A program made the translations under genes and the position numbers. DNA of 40,099 bases from Octopus bimaculoides (Eukaryota): NCBI RefSeq assembly GCF_001194135.2, contig NC_068992.1, positions 60,038,093 through 60,078,191 on the forward strand, given 5' to 3'. Of the stretch, positions 1-12,160 are shown piece by piece. The notes under the pieces are model-generated. The model was not told the DNA's origin. It did no database searches and was given only the letters and a program-made list of their open reading frames with translations. How positions within the stretch are numbered: the first letter of the stretch is position 1; every line of letters begins with the position of its first letter.

Positions 1-85
1 AGTTAAGCACTGCGGTTCATGTGATAGACTAGCCATTCCCCCAAAATTTCAGGCCTGCTGCAATAGCAGAAAGAATTATTATTAT
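1..85 (+). mobile_element. SINE family A (tRNA-derived), 3' part, cut by window edge
   Basis: CCCCCAAAATTTCAGGCC...AGAAAGAATTATTATT matches the 3' end of the copy at 99-315 (CCTCAAAATTTCGGGCCTTGTGCCTAGAGTAGAAAAGAAT). Confidence 0.75.
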
Positions 86-98
86 CATAAAGTAGAAG

Positions 99-315
99 TA
101 AGGTAGCTGGCAGAAACGTTAGCACGCCGGGCAAAATGCTAAGCGGTATTTCGTCTATCTTTACGTTCTGAGTTCAAATTCCACCGAGGTCGACTTTGCC
201 TTTCATCTTTTCGGGGTCGATAAATTAAGTACCAGTTGCATACTGGGGTCGATCTAATCGACTGGCCCCACTCCTCCTCAAAATTTCGGGCCTTGTGCCT
301 AGAGTAGAAAAGAAT
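99..315 (+). mobile_element. SINE family A, near full length
   Basis: Pol III A-box-like AGCTGGCAGAAACGTTAG and B-box GAGTTCAAATTCC, then body GGGGTCGATAAATTAAGTACCAG...GGGGTCGATCTAATCGAC. Homologous copies recur at 14807, 16860, 7645 and 26490 in this window. Confidence 0.9.
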
Positions 316-505
316 CGTTAGCACGCCGGGCGAAGTGCTTAGCAGTGTTTTGCCTGTTCTGAGTCGAAATTCCTACACTGTCAACTTTGCCTTTCATCCT
401 TTCGGGAACGATAAAATAAGTGCGAGTTGAGCATTGGGGGTCGACATAATCGCCTTACCACCTTCCCTGAGATAGCTGGCCTTGTGTGAAAAGTTGAAAT
501 CGTTA
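316..505 (+). mobile_element. SINE family A, 5'-truncated, fused to previous copy
   Basis: Starts at CGTTAGCACGCCGGGCGAAGTGCTTAGC directly after the AGAAT tail of the previous copy; same body and 3' motifs. Confidence 0.85.
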
Positions 506-509
506 TTAT

Positions 510-712
510 AAGACGCCAAAGGTGCCACGATCGGTAGGGTGTCGGATAAAAGTGTTTTTGTTCCGGCTCTTTACAGTCTGAGTTCAAATCCAGCCGAGGT
601 TAGCTCTTCCTTTTCCCCTTTCAGGGTTGATATAGTAAAGTACTGGAGTTGGTGGCACCGACTAACCCAATCCCCTCGAAATCTTTAACCTAACGCCTAA
701 ATCAGAAAACTG
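510..712 (+). mobile_element. SINE family A-related, diverged
   Basis: CTGAGTTCAAATCCAGCCGAGGTTAGCTCTTCCTTTTCCCCTTTCAGGGTTGATATAG aligns by eye to the B-box and body of 99-315. Confidence 0.7.
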
Positions 713-1788
713 GTTTCTAGTTGATTTTTAAAAATATCAATAAAATTATACTCGGCTACAAGTGAGAATTTATTGATTTGGATATTGTCACAACAACAAC
801 CACAACAATGATTGCATCAAAAGCAGCAACAACAACGGGAACAATTAAAAAATGATAAATTCGTTATGACAATTAATAATTGTTAGCATCTCTTTTCTTT
901 GCGTTCAGTTTAAATGTGAATGTTCTGAATCTGTCATGAAGTATCTGACGGAGATTATACGATCCACAGAGAAGTTTAAAAGGAAAAAGATAAACAGCAA
1001 AAACTCCGCCATTTTGTTTTTCTTTCTGTCTCTTTTTTTTTCCTTCTGTCTGTTATTTTCTCTTCTCTGGTTACTAAAAGTAACTTCTTTGTTGATGCGA
1101 CACCAAAATTCAAAAATAAAACTTACAGAAAACGATTTTTAATGAAATTAATTGAAACATTCGTAAGAAGATAACGTTATTTTTTGATTTCGGTTTAGTA
1201 ATCGTTGCTAAAGTGGCAAACAGACAATAATATCAAAGTTAGCGTCTCACATGTGTTGTATCACAAGAAAACATGTTCTCCAACTGAAGGAAATCCACCC
1301 TCCTCTCAACTCAGCGCAGCACCGTCAATTTGGTGCTGATTCTTGTTTCGTAAATTTAACTTTTTCTAGGCCTCACAAGTAGATGACGTCCCTATTTTGG
1401 TATCTAGTCGAGTGAGTTTGTCTGATTCGTCACTCTGAGCCTACGAATTGGCAACAGTGCTTTTTAAGTACCTAGGTGTATTCGCCTCAACGTAGGCTTC
1501 TCATAATCTTGGCAACTGAAATTACACTTCACTAAGGGGATGAAATAAAACAAAAAACTTGTCCAATGTGTAATCAGTTGGCACTAAAAAGAGGATTTAC
1601 TCCTATCGGCATTGTTTACACTGTCATCTGATATTATTAGTGTAATTTTATTCGCATGTTGCTTTCAAATTTTAAACATCTCTACAAGTAGGTTTTCTTT
1701 TTCAATACAAACCCATTTCATAAACTCAGTTAATCGAGATTTTTCAAACACAGTATTACATATTCGCGATCTTACCGTACACAAGCAT

Positions 1789-1789
<1 letters not shown>

Positions 1790-1884
<95 letters not shown>
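1790..1884. repeat. (CA)n microsatellite
   Basis: Uninterrupted CA run of about 47 units. Confidence 0.98.
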
Positions 1885-1886
<2 letters not shown>

Positions 1887-2059
1887 ATCTATATCATGTA
1901 TGAATGTATGCATGTATGTATGTACAATGGGAGAATGACTACACCTTTACGAATTATACTCTTAACCTCAGCGGCCAACTTGTTATTAGTTATTAGTCAT
2001 TTGATTATAATACACCACGGAGACTTACGACTTACATGACAGCATGTATCCCTGCCCGT

Positions 2060-2431
2060 AGAATTCTGTTGACTGTTCTTTGAGCCACTTTTTCCCTACC
2101 TCCACACTCACCAAAGTTAGCGCCTTCAGACTATCATCTCTTCCACGCCACGAAAAAGGATTTGAGAAGCAAACATTATTCCGGTGACGAGGAAGTGAAA
2201 ACTGTAGTGAAGAAGTGGTTCAAAGAACAGTCAACAGAATTTTACGGGGCAGGGATGCATGTTCTCATTCGAAGGTGGAACATTACTATTGAGAGAAACG
2301 GTGACTATGCTGACCAGTAGGGATGTGATCCACAGAGGACCAGCTTCATTTTGACGTATGATACTTGTTCTTGTGCTGGTAATTATACCTGTCCTAAACA
2401 AAATGGCATTACTTTTTGACTCACCCTCGTA
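2060..2431 (+). mobile_element. Mariner (Tc1/mariner) transposon 3' remnant: transposase C-terminus, right TIR and TA
   Basis: 2099-2320 translates PPHSPKLAPSDYHLFHATKKDLRSKHYSGDEEVKTVVKKWFKEQSTEFYGAGMHVLIRRWNITIERNGDYADQ*, containing a variant of the mariner YSPDLAPSD motif and the typical C-terminal RW...GDY. Frameshifted upstream. Ends ATTACTTTTTGACTCACCCTCG-TA (reverse complement TACGAGGGTGAGTCAAAAAGTAAT, a mariner-type TIR). Confidence 0.9.
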
Positions 2432-2484
2432 CAAAGGTAGATTTCTAGACAGATCAAAAGAAAAAAGAGAGGTAGTGATATATA

Positions 2485-2497
2485 TGTATATTCACAT

Positions 2498-2568
<71 letters not shown>

Positions 2569-2780
2569 TATATTATTATATATATCTATCTCTTCATCTC
2601 AGTATAAATATAGGTTTGCATGTATGTGAATACATGTATGCGCGTGTATGTATATTTATATATAATATACATATATATGTATGTGTGTTTATGGTATGTA
2701 TGTATGCATGTGTGTTTGTGTGTGTGTGTGTGTGTGTATTTATGTGTGAGTTTATATGTGTATGTAAGGAGAGAGAGATG
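2485..2780. repeat. Compound (AT)n/(TG)n microsatellite
   Basis: Long AT run at 2505-2565 followed by degenerate ATGT/TG repeats. Confidence 0.95.
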
Positions 2781-2807
2781 AATGGATAGCTCGATATATA
2801 GAGATAC

Positions 2808-2845
2808 CTTTGGAATCCACTTAGCTGCAATGACACCGAACAGTA
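2808..2845 (-). CDS. Candidate 38-nt internal exon (unidentified gene)
   Basis: Minus strand: CCTATTTTTCTATTCCTGTTTATTTCCAG| acceptor and AAG|GTATCT donor. Two frames are open: (x)LFGVIAAKWIPK or YCSVSLQLSGFQ(x). No transcript evidence. Confidence 0.3.
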
Positions 2846-3346
2846 CTGGAAATAAACAGGAATAGAAAAATAGGATTTTGATTACGGTGAACGGAGCTTC
2901 CATGAGCAATTTATAAATTCTCTCTTCGAGATTGCCAGTTTGACTCTGAACGAAAGCAATGTATTATAGATATTCAGAAATGTATTTTTGGATCTGTTGT
3001 CACAATACTTTCAAATTCACACATTCTGAGAGCAGGAATCGTGTCTAACTATGCAATTACATGTTTTAACCATTTCTCACCACGCTTCCTTTCACAGAGA
3101 GTAATGGGGACAACTTCATCAACTTCGCTTTCTCACTTGTGTAATAATGAATAAATGGAACTAACGCTGATTTCGAGATTCTGTGTTCTAGACGATCGAT
3201 TAAACGAAATGTATATCTTATTTAGTCATTGATATACAGGGCAATATGTGAAGCAGCTGAGTATTCCGCAGAAAATTTTTATTGTGCATGGTGTTATCTC
3301 CGAGTAAAAATCAGTATGATGCTGTGCTTGAAAAGTATATACAAGG

Positions 3347-3600
3347 ACATACATACATACATACATACTTACATACATATATACAGATGAATTCATACAT
3401 ACCTGCATACATACATTCATACAACCATACATACATACACACAGATTCAATCATAATACATATATACATACACACACATACATGAATACATTCATGCATG
3501 CATGCATACCTACATAACATCATACATACATGCATACATACGTACATACATTCATACAGATAGATTCATACATACATACATATTCAGATACATACATACA
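3347..3600. repeat. Degenerate (ACAT)n tetranucleotide array
   Basis: Repeated ACAT/GCAT units. Confidence 0.95.
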
Positions 3601-3699
3601 ACCTTGCCCGGACTTGTGCCTCGGGGAATAAGTTTCTAGGTGCAATACCATATATGTATATGTTTATATGCGTGTATGTGTGTTTGTATCCGTGTCCGT

Positions 3700-3890
3700 C
3701 ATACTCACCGTTTGACAACCGATGCTGGTTTGTTTACGTCCCGCAACCTTGTCGTTCGGCAAAAGAAACTGTTAGAATAAGTATTAAGATTTAAAATTAG
3801 TATAAAAATATTGGGGTCAATTTGTTCGACTAAAACCCTTCGAGGCGGATCTCTTCCATGTCTGCAGTCTAATGACTGAAGCAACACATT
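3700..3890 (+). mobile_element. SINE family B, 3' half
   Basis: CGTTTGACAACCGATGCTGGTTTGTTTACGTCCC...TTCGGCAAAAG...TTGTTCGACTAAAACCCTTCGAGGCGG...GCAGTCTAATGACTGAAGCAA, homologous to 27900-28090 and to the reverse-oriented copies at 23140, 23385, 29950 and 31625. Confidence 0.85.
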
Positions 3891-4598
3891 TAGTGCCGTG
3901 TAGAAAGAAATAAAGGCATAAAATATATCGTAGGCCGGGGTAAATGATGGTGAAACCAAAACAGGAAAAGAGGGAAGCCCGTGCTTGAATGTCTTTGATC
4001 AAAGATCTGTTAAATCAAGAAAAGGGACATGGAAACTGGTCTGGTGTTCAACAGAAATTACAGCAACAACAGCGACGACTCTTGTGTTTAACTCAGTTTT
4101 GAATAAATTTGCCTTTTAATGAATACACGCCGCGACACATGTTCAACTGTTCAGTGAATTTTCTCAGACAGATATTCTGTTCTTTTGAAATGCCAAAAGC
4201 ATTTTTCTAGATCGAAGCTGACCTGGCATATACTTCTGCATATTCAGTCAAACTCTGGAGATTAGAGATTAGGCGGATCTAATCATATAAAAGATTTAAT
4301 TTATTGATTCTAATCTATGATGTACAACAAGTAGAATATGAAACCTTGACAAAAAAAGCAGACAAATGATAGTGAGGTCGTGGCTTGATGCCTTTCTAAC
4401 AACTGTCTTAAATGCTTTCTTACATTGGAGATGCGCACGATGCCGTTAGACCGCGCTTCAGCCGACTGTAATTTGATAGTTGACCACAGTATGTGTCTGC
4501 ATGAACCCTAATTCTGCTTAAACTTCTTGCGTTTCTCCTTCTCTCTCTCTTTCTTTCACTCTATATGCATACATACATTATATATATATACATGTGTT

Positions 4599-4636
<38 letters not shown>

Positions 4637-4940
4637 AGTAAAAATAAATACAAAAAAAGGTGGATTTTTTTGTATGATTGTGTATAGAGGAATATATTAT
4701 TTTGCTTAAAAGAGTTCCAACACTGTCTGTTTTTCATGTTTTATTTATATTCCTGCAGAACTAATGTGGGGTATAGAATATGGAATATACAATATATAAT
4801 ATAATATACAATATATAATATAAAATAAAATAAAAATGGATGGCACCATGAAATAAAGTATTGAATGTAGATGAAATATTGAGTGTTCAATATAAAGGAT
4901 CAAATATATAAATATATAAATATAAATATATATATATAAA

Positions 4941-4980
4941 GGCGACTCGAGTTTCAGGGCTATTTCCCTTCGTCATGGCC
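4941..4980 (-). ncRNA. Minimal type I hammerhead ribozyme motif (one-base core insertion), probably a Penelope-like element relic
   Basis: Minus strand GGC-C[A]TGACGA-AGGG-AAATAG-CCCT-GAAA-CTCGAG-TC-GCC: helix I GGC/GCC, helix II AGGG/CCCT, palindromic helix III ACTCGAGT, GUC cleavage triplet. Confidence 0.6.
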
Positions 4981-5019
4981 GGTATGACAATCTATATATT
5001 GGTTTGCTGAGTCATTTGA

Positions 5020-5150
5020 ATGACCGTTAGAACCGTTGCAGTATTCGTTCCGGCTTTCTGCGTTCGGAGCTCTAATTCTACCGAAGTCAGCTGTGCTTTT
5101 TATTCTTTCAGGGTCGATATATACCAATCCAGTACTGCAGTCGTGTCTAC
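5020..5150 (+). mobile_element. SINE family A-related, old fragment
   Basis: TTCGTTCCGGCTTTCTGCGTTCGGAGCTCTAATTCTACCGAAGTC...TTTCAGGGTCGATA resembles 550-630. Confidence 0.6.
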
Positions 5151-5689
5151 TGTTTATTTGTCCTTCGTTCTACCTCGCTCTCCCGCTCGCTTTCTTTCTC
5201 CCGTTTGAAATTATCCATGTTCAACCCTTGAGTGGGATGGGCTGTGCTAAGTTTATCTTGTTGGTGCCCCAAACGCTCCCGCAACCGCTGGGGGCTCCAC
5301 TACTGTATATCTATTTTTCAGTTTAAACATATTTTTCAAACTCTGTATCACACGTGTACACACATACACTCAAACAAACGAGGTTCTGGCCTATAATAAC
5401 TTCAGTATGAAGTTTAACTATAAAAAGCTCACCCAACCTTATTCACACTTGGAGCATGAAAGTCGAAATCATCTAGTTTAATCCACATCATAACGTACAC
5501 ATCGCTACAAATATAGATCGGAATTTTCTATTTCTAGAACGTTCTATTTTCTGACGACATAAATACTATAAACTTTTTAATGAGTTTAATGTTAAAATTA
5601 GCTATTTTTGCCAAGACAATACCATTTTGCTCATAATGCTCCTCCGCACCTATTGGTGCCGGCTCTGTCTTTCTCTTTACATAACATCA

Positions 5690-5880
5690 GAGATCCCTTG
5701 GAAAAAAATCTGAGGCTCTCTCCAGTTGCCACCACTGACCATCTTTTGCCATGTGTTCGTTACAAATAATGCAGAGCAGAGGCAATGAGTTATTTCCTGC
5801 ACTAACGAAAATTATTCTCAGATGATATACTTTTCTTACAACTGTGTAGTAACGACGAAGGGTTATTTCATCTAACAATG
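5690..5880 (-). mobile_element. Possible hAT (Charlie/Buster-like) transposase N-terminal BED-finger remnant
   Basis: ORF 5687-5878(-) contains FVSAGNNSLPLLCIICNEHMA, resembling the GF.x.G...P.P.CxIC.E.LA start of Charlie/ZBED5-type BED fingers. The downstream KPSKLxRH part is absent. Confidence 0.35.
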
Positions 5881-6344
5881 AAGGGCGGTGATTTATGCTT
5901 CAAACTTACCTCATTTAAATCACATGACCAGCGCACTTTGTAGAAAAAAAAACTACGTTTGCATCGAGCAATAGAGAACAAAGTTTTCAATGTGAATGTG
6001 ACAAAGACTAAACTCGCAATTGACATTTGAACGATTAGGCAATTGTGATCATCAAACTCTGAGTAATTCCGAATTAAGTCAATCACAGTAAATTTGCACA
6101 CACAATACACAAATACAAACACACACGCGCGCGCGCGTGTAAATATACATGAGGAGGCCTTCTAAATATCTTTGTGTCTGTGTGGGTGTGTACGAATACA
6201 TAATTAAGCAGACGAACATGTAATTATTTATTAAAGCTGTTCTTTCGATCTACATCCCCCTCCAGTCTGTCACTTTTTATCTCTCTTTCACTCTCCAGCT
6301 TTGTGACAGTACTACGTTGTTTGATGATAAGTGTAAATAACCTT

Positions 6345-6443
6345 TACCTATATACATACACACCATACATACAGAAACATACATACATATATAAGTTCAT
6401 GCGTACATATATATATGTATTACATGTATATATATATATATGA

Positions 6444-6484
<41 letters not shown>

Positions 6485-6905
6485 ATATATACCTTAAACA
6501 TATGTATGTATATATTTATGGATATATACGTATATATATATATATATATGTATGTTTGTAAAATTATATATATACACATATATACTACACATACACACAA
6601 ATGCATAATATATATGTATGTGTGTGTGTGCGTGTCGTGGGTGTGTCTGTGTTACTAAGACGCTGTCATATATGATGTTTAGCTGTGTAAAATAATTAAT
6701 TGAAGGTGTTGATAATTACTTCCAATTTGACACACTGATGTTAAATTTTAAGATGGATAGATGCTGTTACGCACACACGCACACTCACCCACACACACGC
6801 AGACATACACACACGCACACGCACACGCGCGCACACGCATACACACACACACAAGCATACACACGCACACAGACACAAGCTTACATGCATACGCATACAC
6901 ACGTA
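6345..6905. repeat. Compound (AT)n, (ACAT)n, (TG)n and (CA/CGCA)n microsatellites
   Basis: Direct reading; the blocks at 6345-6640 and 6770-6905 are separated by short unique sequence. Confidence 0.9.
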
Positions 6906-7121
6906 CATCCGTGAGTGTAAAGACGGAGGCCGTTAAGTGAGTAATTCCGATGCTAAGAAGTGTTGACTTTCGCAAGTGAACGTGTTTACATATGTCAATT
7001 AATGAGACTCAACGGATTGCTGTAATTTATGGAAACTTTGTCAATGTAGGAGGGTGTCTTTACTTTTGCTCTCTGGCTGCTAGAAATAGCAGCCGCATCT
7101 CTCTCTTATTACACTCTAAAC

Positions 7122-7409
7122 CAAGAGGTCTCAACCATTTTTTAAAGATTTATGGCCCCCTTCGATTAATATTTTATATTAGTGGACTTCCTTAGCCATT
7201 CGATGTTTAAAAACTAGTTTTTTAGTATTAATGTCTACACACATTTATTTGCGTAGATTGAACTATGTAAAATGTAAGAGAAAGAAACCTAGATGTTTCT
7301 TTCAATACATACGTCGAAAGCAAAACTTTTAGAGGAGTCCTTAAAATACTGTTGTAGATCCCTGATGTGGATCCTCGGGGGTCATATGGGTCCTGTTTGA
7401 GAACTACTA
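7122..7409. mobile_element. Non-autonomous hAT (Charlie-like) MITE, about 290 bp
   Basis: Left end CAAGAGGTCTCAAAC; right end GTTTGAGAACTACTA (reverse complement TAGTAGTTCTCAAAC). Both resemble CAGTGGTTCTCAAAC-type hAT TIRs. Flanking 8-mers CTCTAAAC and CGCCAAAA match at 5/8, and the left one resembles the NTCTAGAN Charlie target. Confidence 0.55.
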
Positions 7410-7554
7410 CGCCAAAACTTTTAACAAACATCATTTTGGTTAACATTGATTCTAGATATATTTCATGTGAAAGATCCGCTTCAGTGCAACTCAATCTGGT
7501 GAACATAGCTGCCGTTATCATTTTTTCTCTCGTGCCCTAGAAATCATGAAACCA

Positions 7555-7632
7555 TTAACCCGGTTTCCACGGCGTGTAATTAGTCGATATGACAGCATTC
7601 CCTTTGAGTGGGACATCGGTTCGTTGTAGGGT
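7555..7632 (-). mobile_element. Degenerate conserved SINE central domain (Nin-like)
   Basis: Minus strand ACCCTACAACGAACCGATGTCCCACTCAAAGGGAATG...ACGCCGTGGAAACCGGG resembles, from memory, the ACCCTGCGATGGACTAGCATCCCATCCAGGGGG...GGAAACCGGG domain of invertebrate SINEs. Confidence 0.4.
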
Positions 7633-7644
7633 ACAAGATCAATA

Positions 7645-7833
7645 ATTTTGAGGGGAGGAGGCAAGTCGCTTATATCGACCCCAGTAATTGGCTGGTACTT
7701 TAATGCGCCAACTATAAAGCCATAAAAGGCAAAGTTAACTTTGTGAGGATTTGAAGTCAGAAAGGAAAAGAGTCGGAAGAAATGACACTAAACATTGTCC
7801 AACGAGCTAACGATTTTGCCATCTCGACACCTT
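7645..7833 (-). mobile_element. SINE family A
   Basis: Reverse complement of body and head: ATCGACCCCAG, AAAAGGCAAAGTTAACT, GATTTGAAGTCAGAA, GCTAACGATTTTGCCATCTCG. Confidence 0.8.
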
Positions 7834-8915
7834 TCCCCGCTGTTATAAATGAAAAGGAAAGGCATATTCTTACAATTTACCTGTGAAAAGGCGAGATCGT
7901 CACGATTAGATTGTCTTTTGATCATTGACAGGTTTCATAAAATGTGACCTGAGTCTAAGTCACAGCGATAACCTCTTGAACATTTCTACACGAGACAGCC
8001 TATATTTGTTGTAAATACGAATCAAATTTCTATAACTGCTATAAATAGCAATAAAATCTCTTCATATGGTGTAAATAGAAATCAAATCCCTGTGTCTGCT
8101 AGAAATGACAACCAATTCTCTATCTACGACAACCTACTGACTTATGAAGTGGACATTAGTTAACTTGATCAGACACATTTGCCGAAAAACAAGATAGTAG
8201 ATATGATTAAATGGTTCGTGGTTCTTTTCGGTTAGTAGACAGCAGGTGATGTGCATTAAAGTTTCCTGCTGACATTGGGTGAAATCAACGGATCAACGGT
8301 AGGTGATTAATAGTTGTTGAATAATAAAGTAATTTTCGTGGCTCAAGGCATGAGCCGTTTAGTAGATATTTTTGGTTGTTTCTACAATTACAAGCTGGTT
8401 GGTGATTTGAAGATTGGGATGATAAGGATTGGCTGGCTATATGTCTTCCGTTGTGTGCTCTGTGATCAACAGCTGGTTTTGTGATTGCTCCGGTACAAAA
8501 TAATGTCAAAAGTGAATGATTCGAGAATGTTTGTCCAAAATGATGGGAACATTCAAGCTACTTTGGTTTCTATAATTATATTCTATGGTGGATTGCACCA
8601 TATTATAATCCTTTCTCTACTAAATTGTAATGGCTGCTTCTTGTAGACTATTTGTCGAAGCTGAATTTTAGCAGGGAAGCTTCTAAGAAGGGTACGGTGA
8701 TAATAATGTACGACTCTCAGTAAATTTTCCTTTATACAATTATTCCGGATTGATTAGAGTTCTTTCCATTTCAGTTTTCTATAGAGTAGAGTGCTTGCTT
8801 TTAATCAGGTGTAGAATAGTGTCTGTTCACCAGTTTGTTTCTCATCACTCTGAAGTTGCCAAGAAAAGACTAACAGACTTTATCAAAAACAAAAACAAAA
8901 ACATATATATAATAA

Positions 8916-9051
8916 TGGTGCGATATACGAGCTCATTCGTTCCCGGAGACCGCTCGTAAGACGATAACTCGTAAACAGAATATAAAACTAGTAAAAGATC
9001 GTAAACCCGGTATCTCATAAAGTGTTTCCTCGTAAACTGTGGTATTACTGT
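8916..9051. mobile_element. Short Tigger/pogo-like MITE
   Basis: Right end reverse complement CAGTAATACCACAGTTTACGAG resembles Tigger-type termini. Four internal TCGTAA(A/G)AC-like motifs (CTCGTAAGAC, CTCGTAAAC, ATCGTAAAC, CTCGTAAAC). Left end decayed. Confidence 0.45.
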
Positions 9052-11000
<1,949 letters not shown>

Positions 11001-11373
11001 GGCGGTGCATATGCGTATGACCGATAAACGATGTAGAAAACAAGTGAAATAGAAAAAAGTGGGATTAATAAGGATTATCTAGTTTCTAATATTTGTTGGT
11101 TCAATCACGTGTTTTCATAGATCTTCGTTACAAACGTTGTTTAAAGATGGCGGCCACACCTAGTTTTAGCTAAACCTTCATTTCACAGGATATTCAATTC
11201 CCACAACGGCAGCATTGCATGTAGACATGAAAGCTGAGCAAATAAACAGAAAATATACTCTTAAAACTATAACTACTTAGTGCGCATGTCTTGTCTGTTG
11301 TCTGATGTGTTATCCATCTTACATCCATAGATTGCTATTGTATATTATATAATATCATATGTGGGCGTGTGTG

Positions 11374-11420
<47 letters not shown>

Positions 11421-11750
11421 TATATATATGTATATATNNNNNNNNNNNNNNNNNNNNNNNNNNNNNNNNNNNNNNNNNNNNNNNNNNNNNNNNNNNNNNN
11501 NNNNNNNNNNNNNNNNNNNNNNNNNNNNNNNNNNNNNNNNNNNNNNNNNNNNNNNNNNNNNNNNNNNNNNNNNNNNNNNNNNNNNNNNNNNNNNNNNNNN
11601 NNNNNNNNNNNNNNNNNNNNNNNNNNNNNNNNNNNNNNNNNNNNNNATATATGCATATATATATATGTATATATGTGCATATATATATATGTGTATGTGT
11701 GTGTATATGTGTATGTTTGTATATATACACTTAATTTAATTTTCTCATAG

Positions 11751-12126
11751 TAGTTGCTGTTGTGATGGTGGTGTCGGTAGTGATGACAACGAGGATGACG
11801 ATGAAGGTGATCATGATGATGACAGAGGTGTTCAAGGTGGGGGTGTTGGTGTTGGTGGTGGTGGTGGTGGTCGTCGTCGTCGTCGTCATCGTCGTATTGA
11901 CCGCGGTGGTGGCTGTGGAGTGGGTCGCGGTCTGTATGGTGATGAGAAAAATGATGTCGATGATGATGACGATGATAATGATAATGATGATGATGATGAT
12001 GATGATATTGACGATGATGGTGACGACAACGACGATGATGATGCTAGTGATGACCATGACGACGACGATGATGGTGATGATGACGATGATGAAGAAACCG
12101 TGAGGGCTGGTAAGTGCTACTGCAGC

Positions 12127-12159
<33 letters not shown>

Positions 12160-12160
12160 G

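Noticed and set aside
99-190. tRNA-like A and B boxes
   Set aside because: These are SINE heads with no cloverleaf and continue into SINE body; not tRNA genes.
1370-1411. Plus-strand 42-nt micro-exon candidate (ASQVDDVPILVSSR) with TTTTTCTAG| and |GTGAGT
   Set aside because: Isolated, with no partner exon or recognisable homology; expected by chance at this density of cryptic sites.
2808-2945. Longer exon reading SQTGNLEERIYKLLMEAPFTVIKILFFYSCLFPVLFGVIAAKWIPK
   Set aside because: The hydrophobic ILFFYSCLFP stretch is better explained as the polypyrimidine tract of the acceptor at 2846.
5396-5415. ATAACTTCAGTATGAAGTT, superficially loxP-like
   Set aside because: Only a 7-bp inverted repeat with the wrong spacer and no recombinase context; chance.
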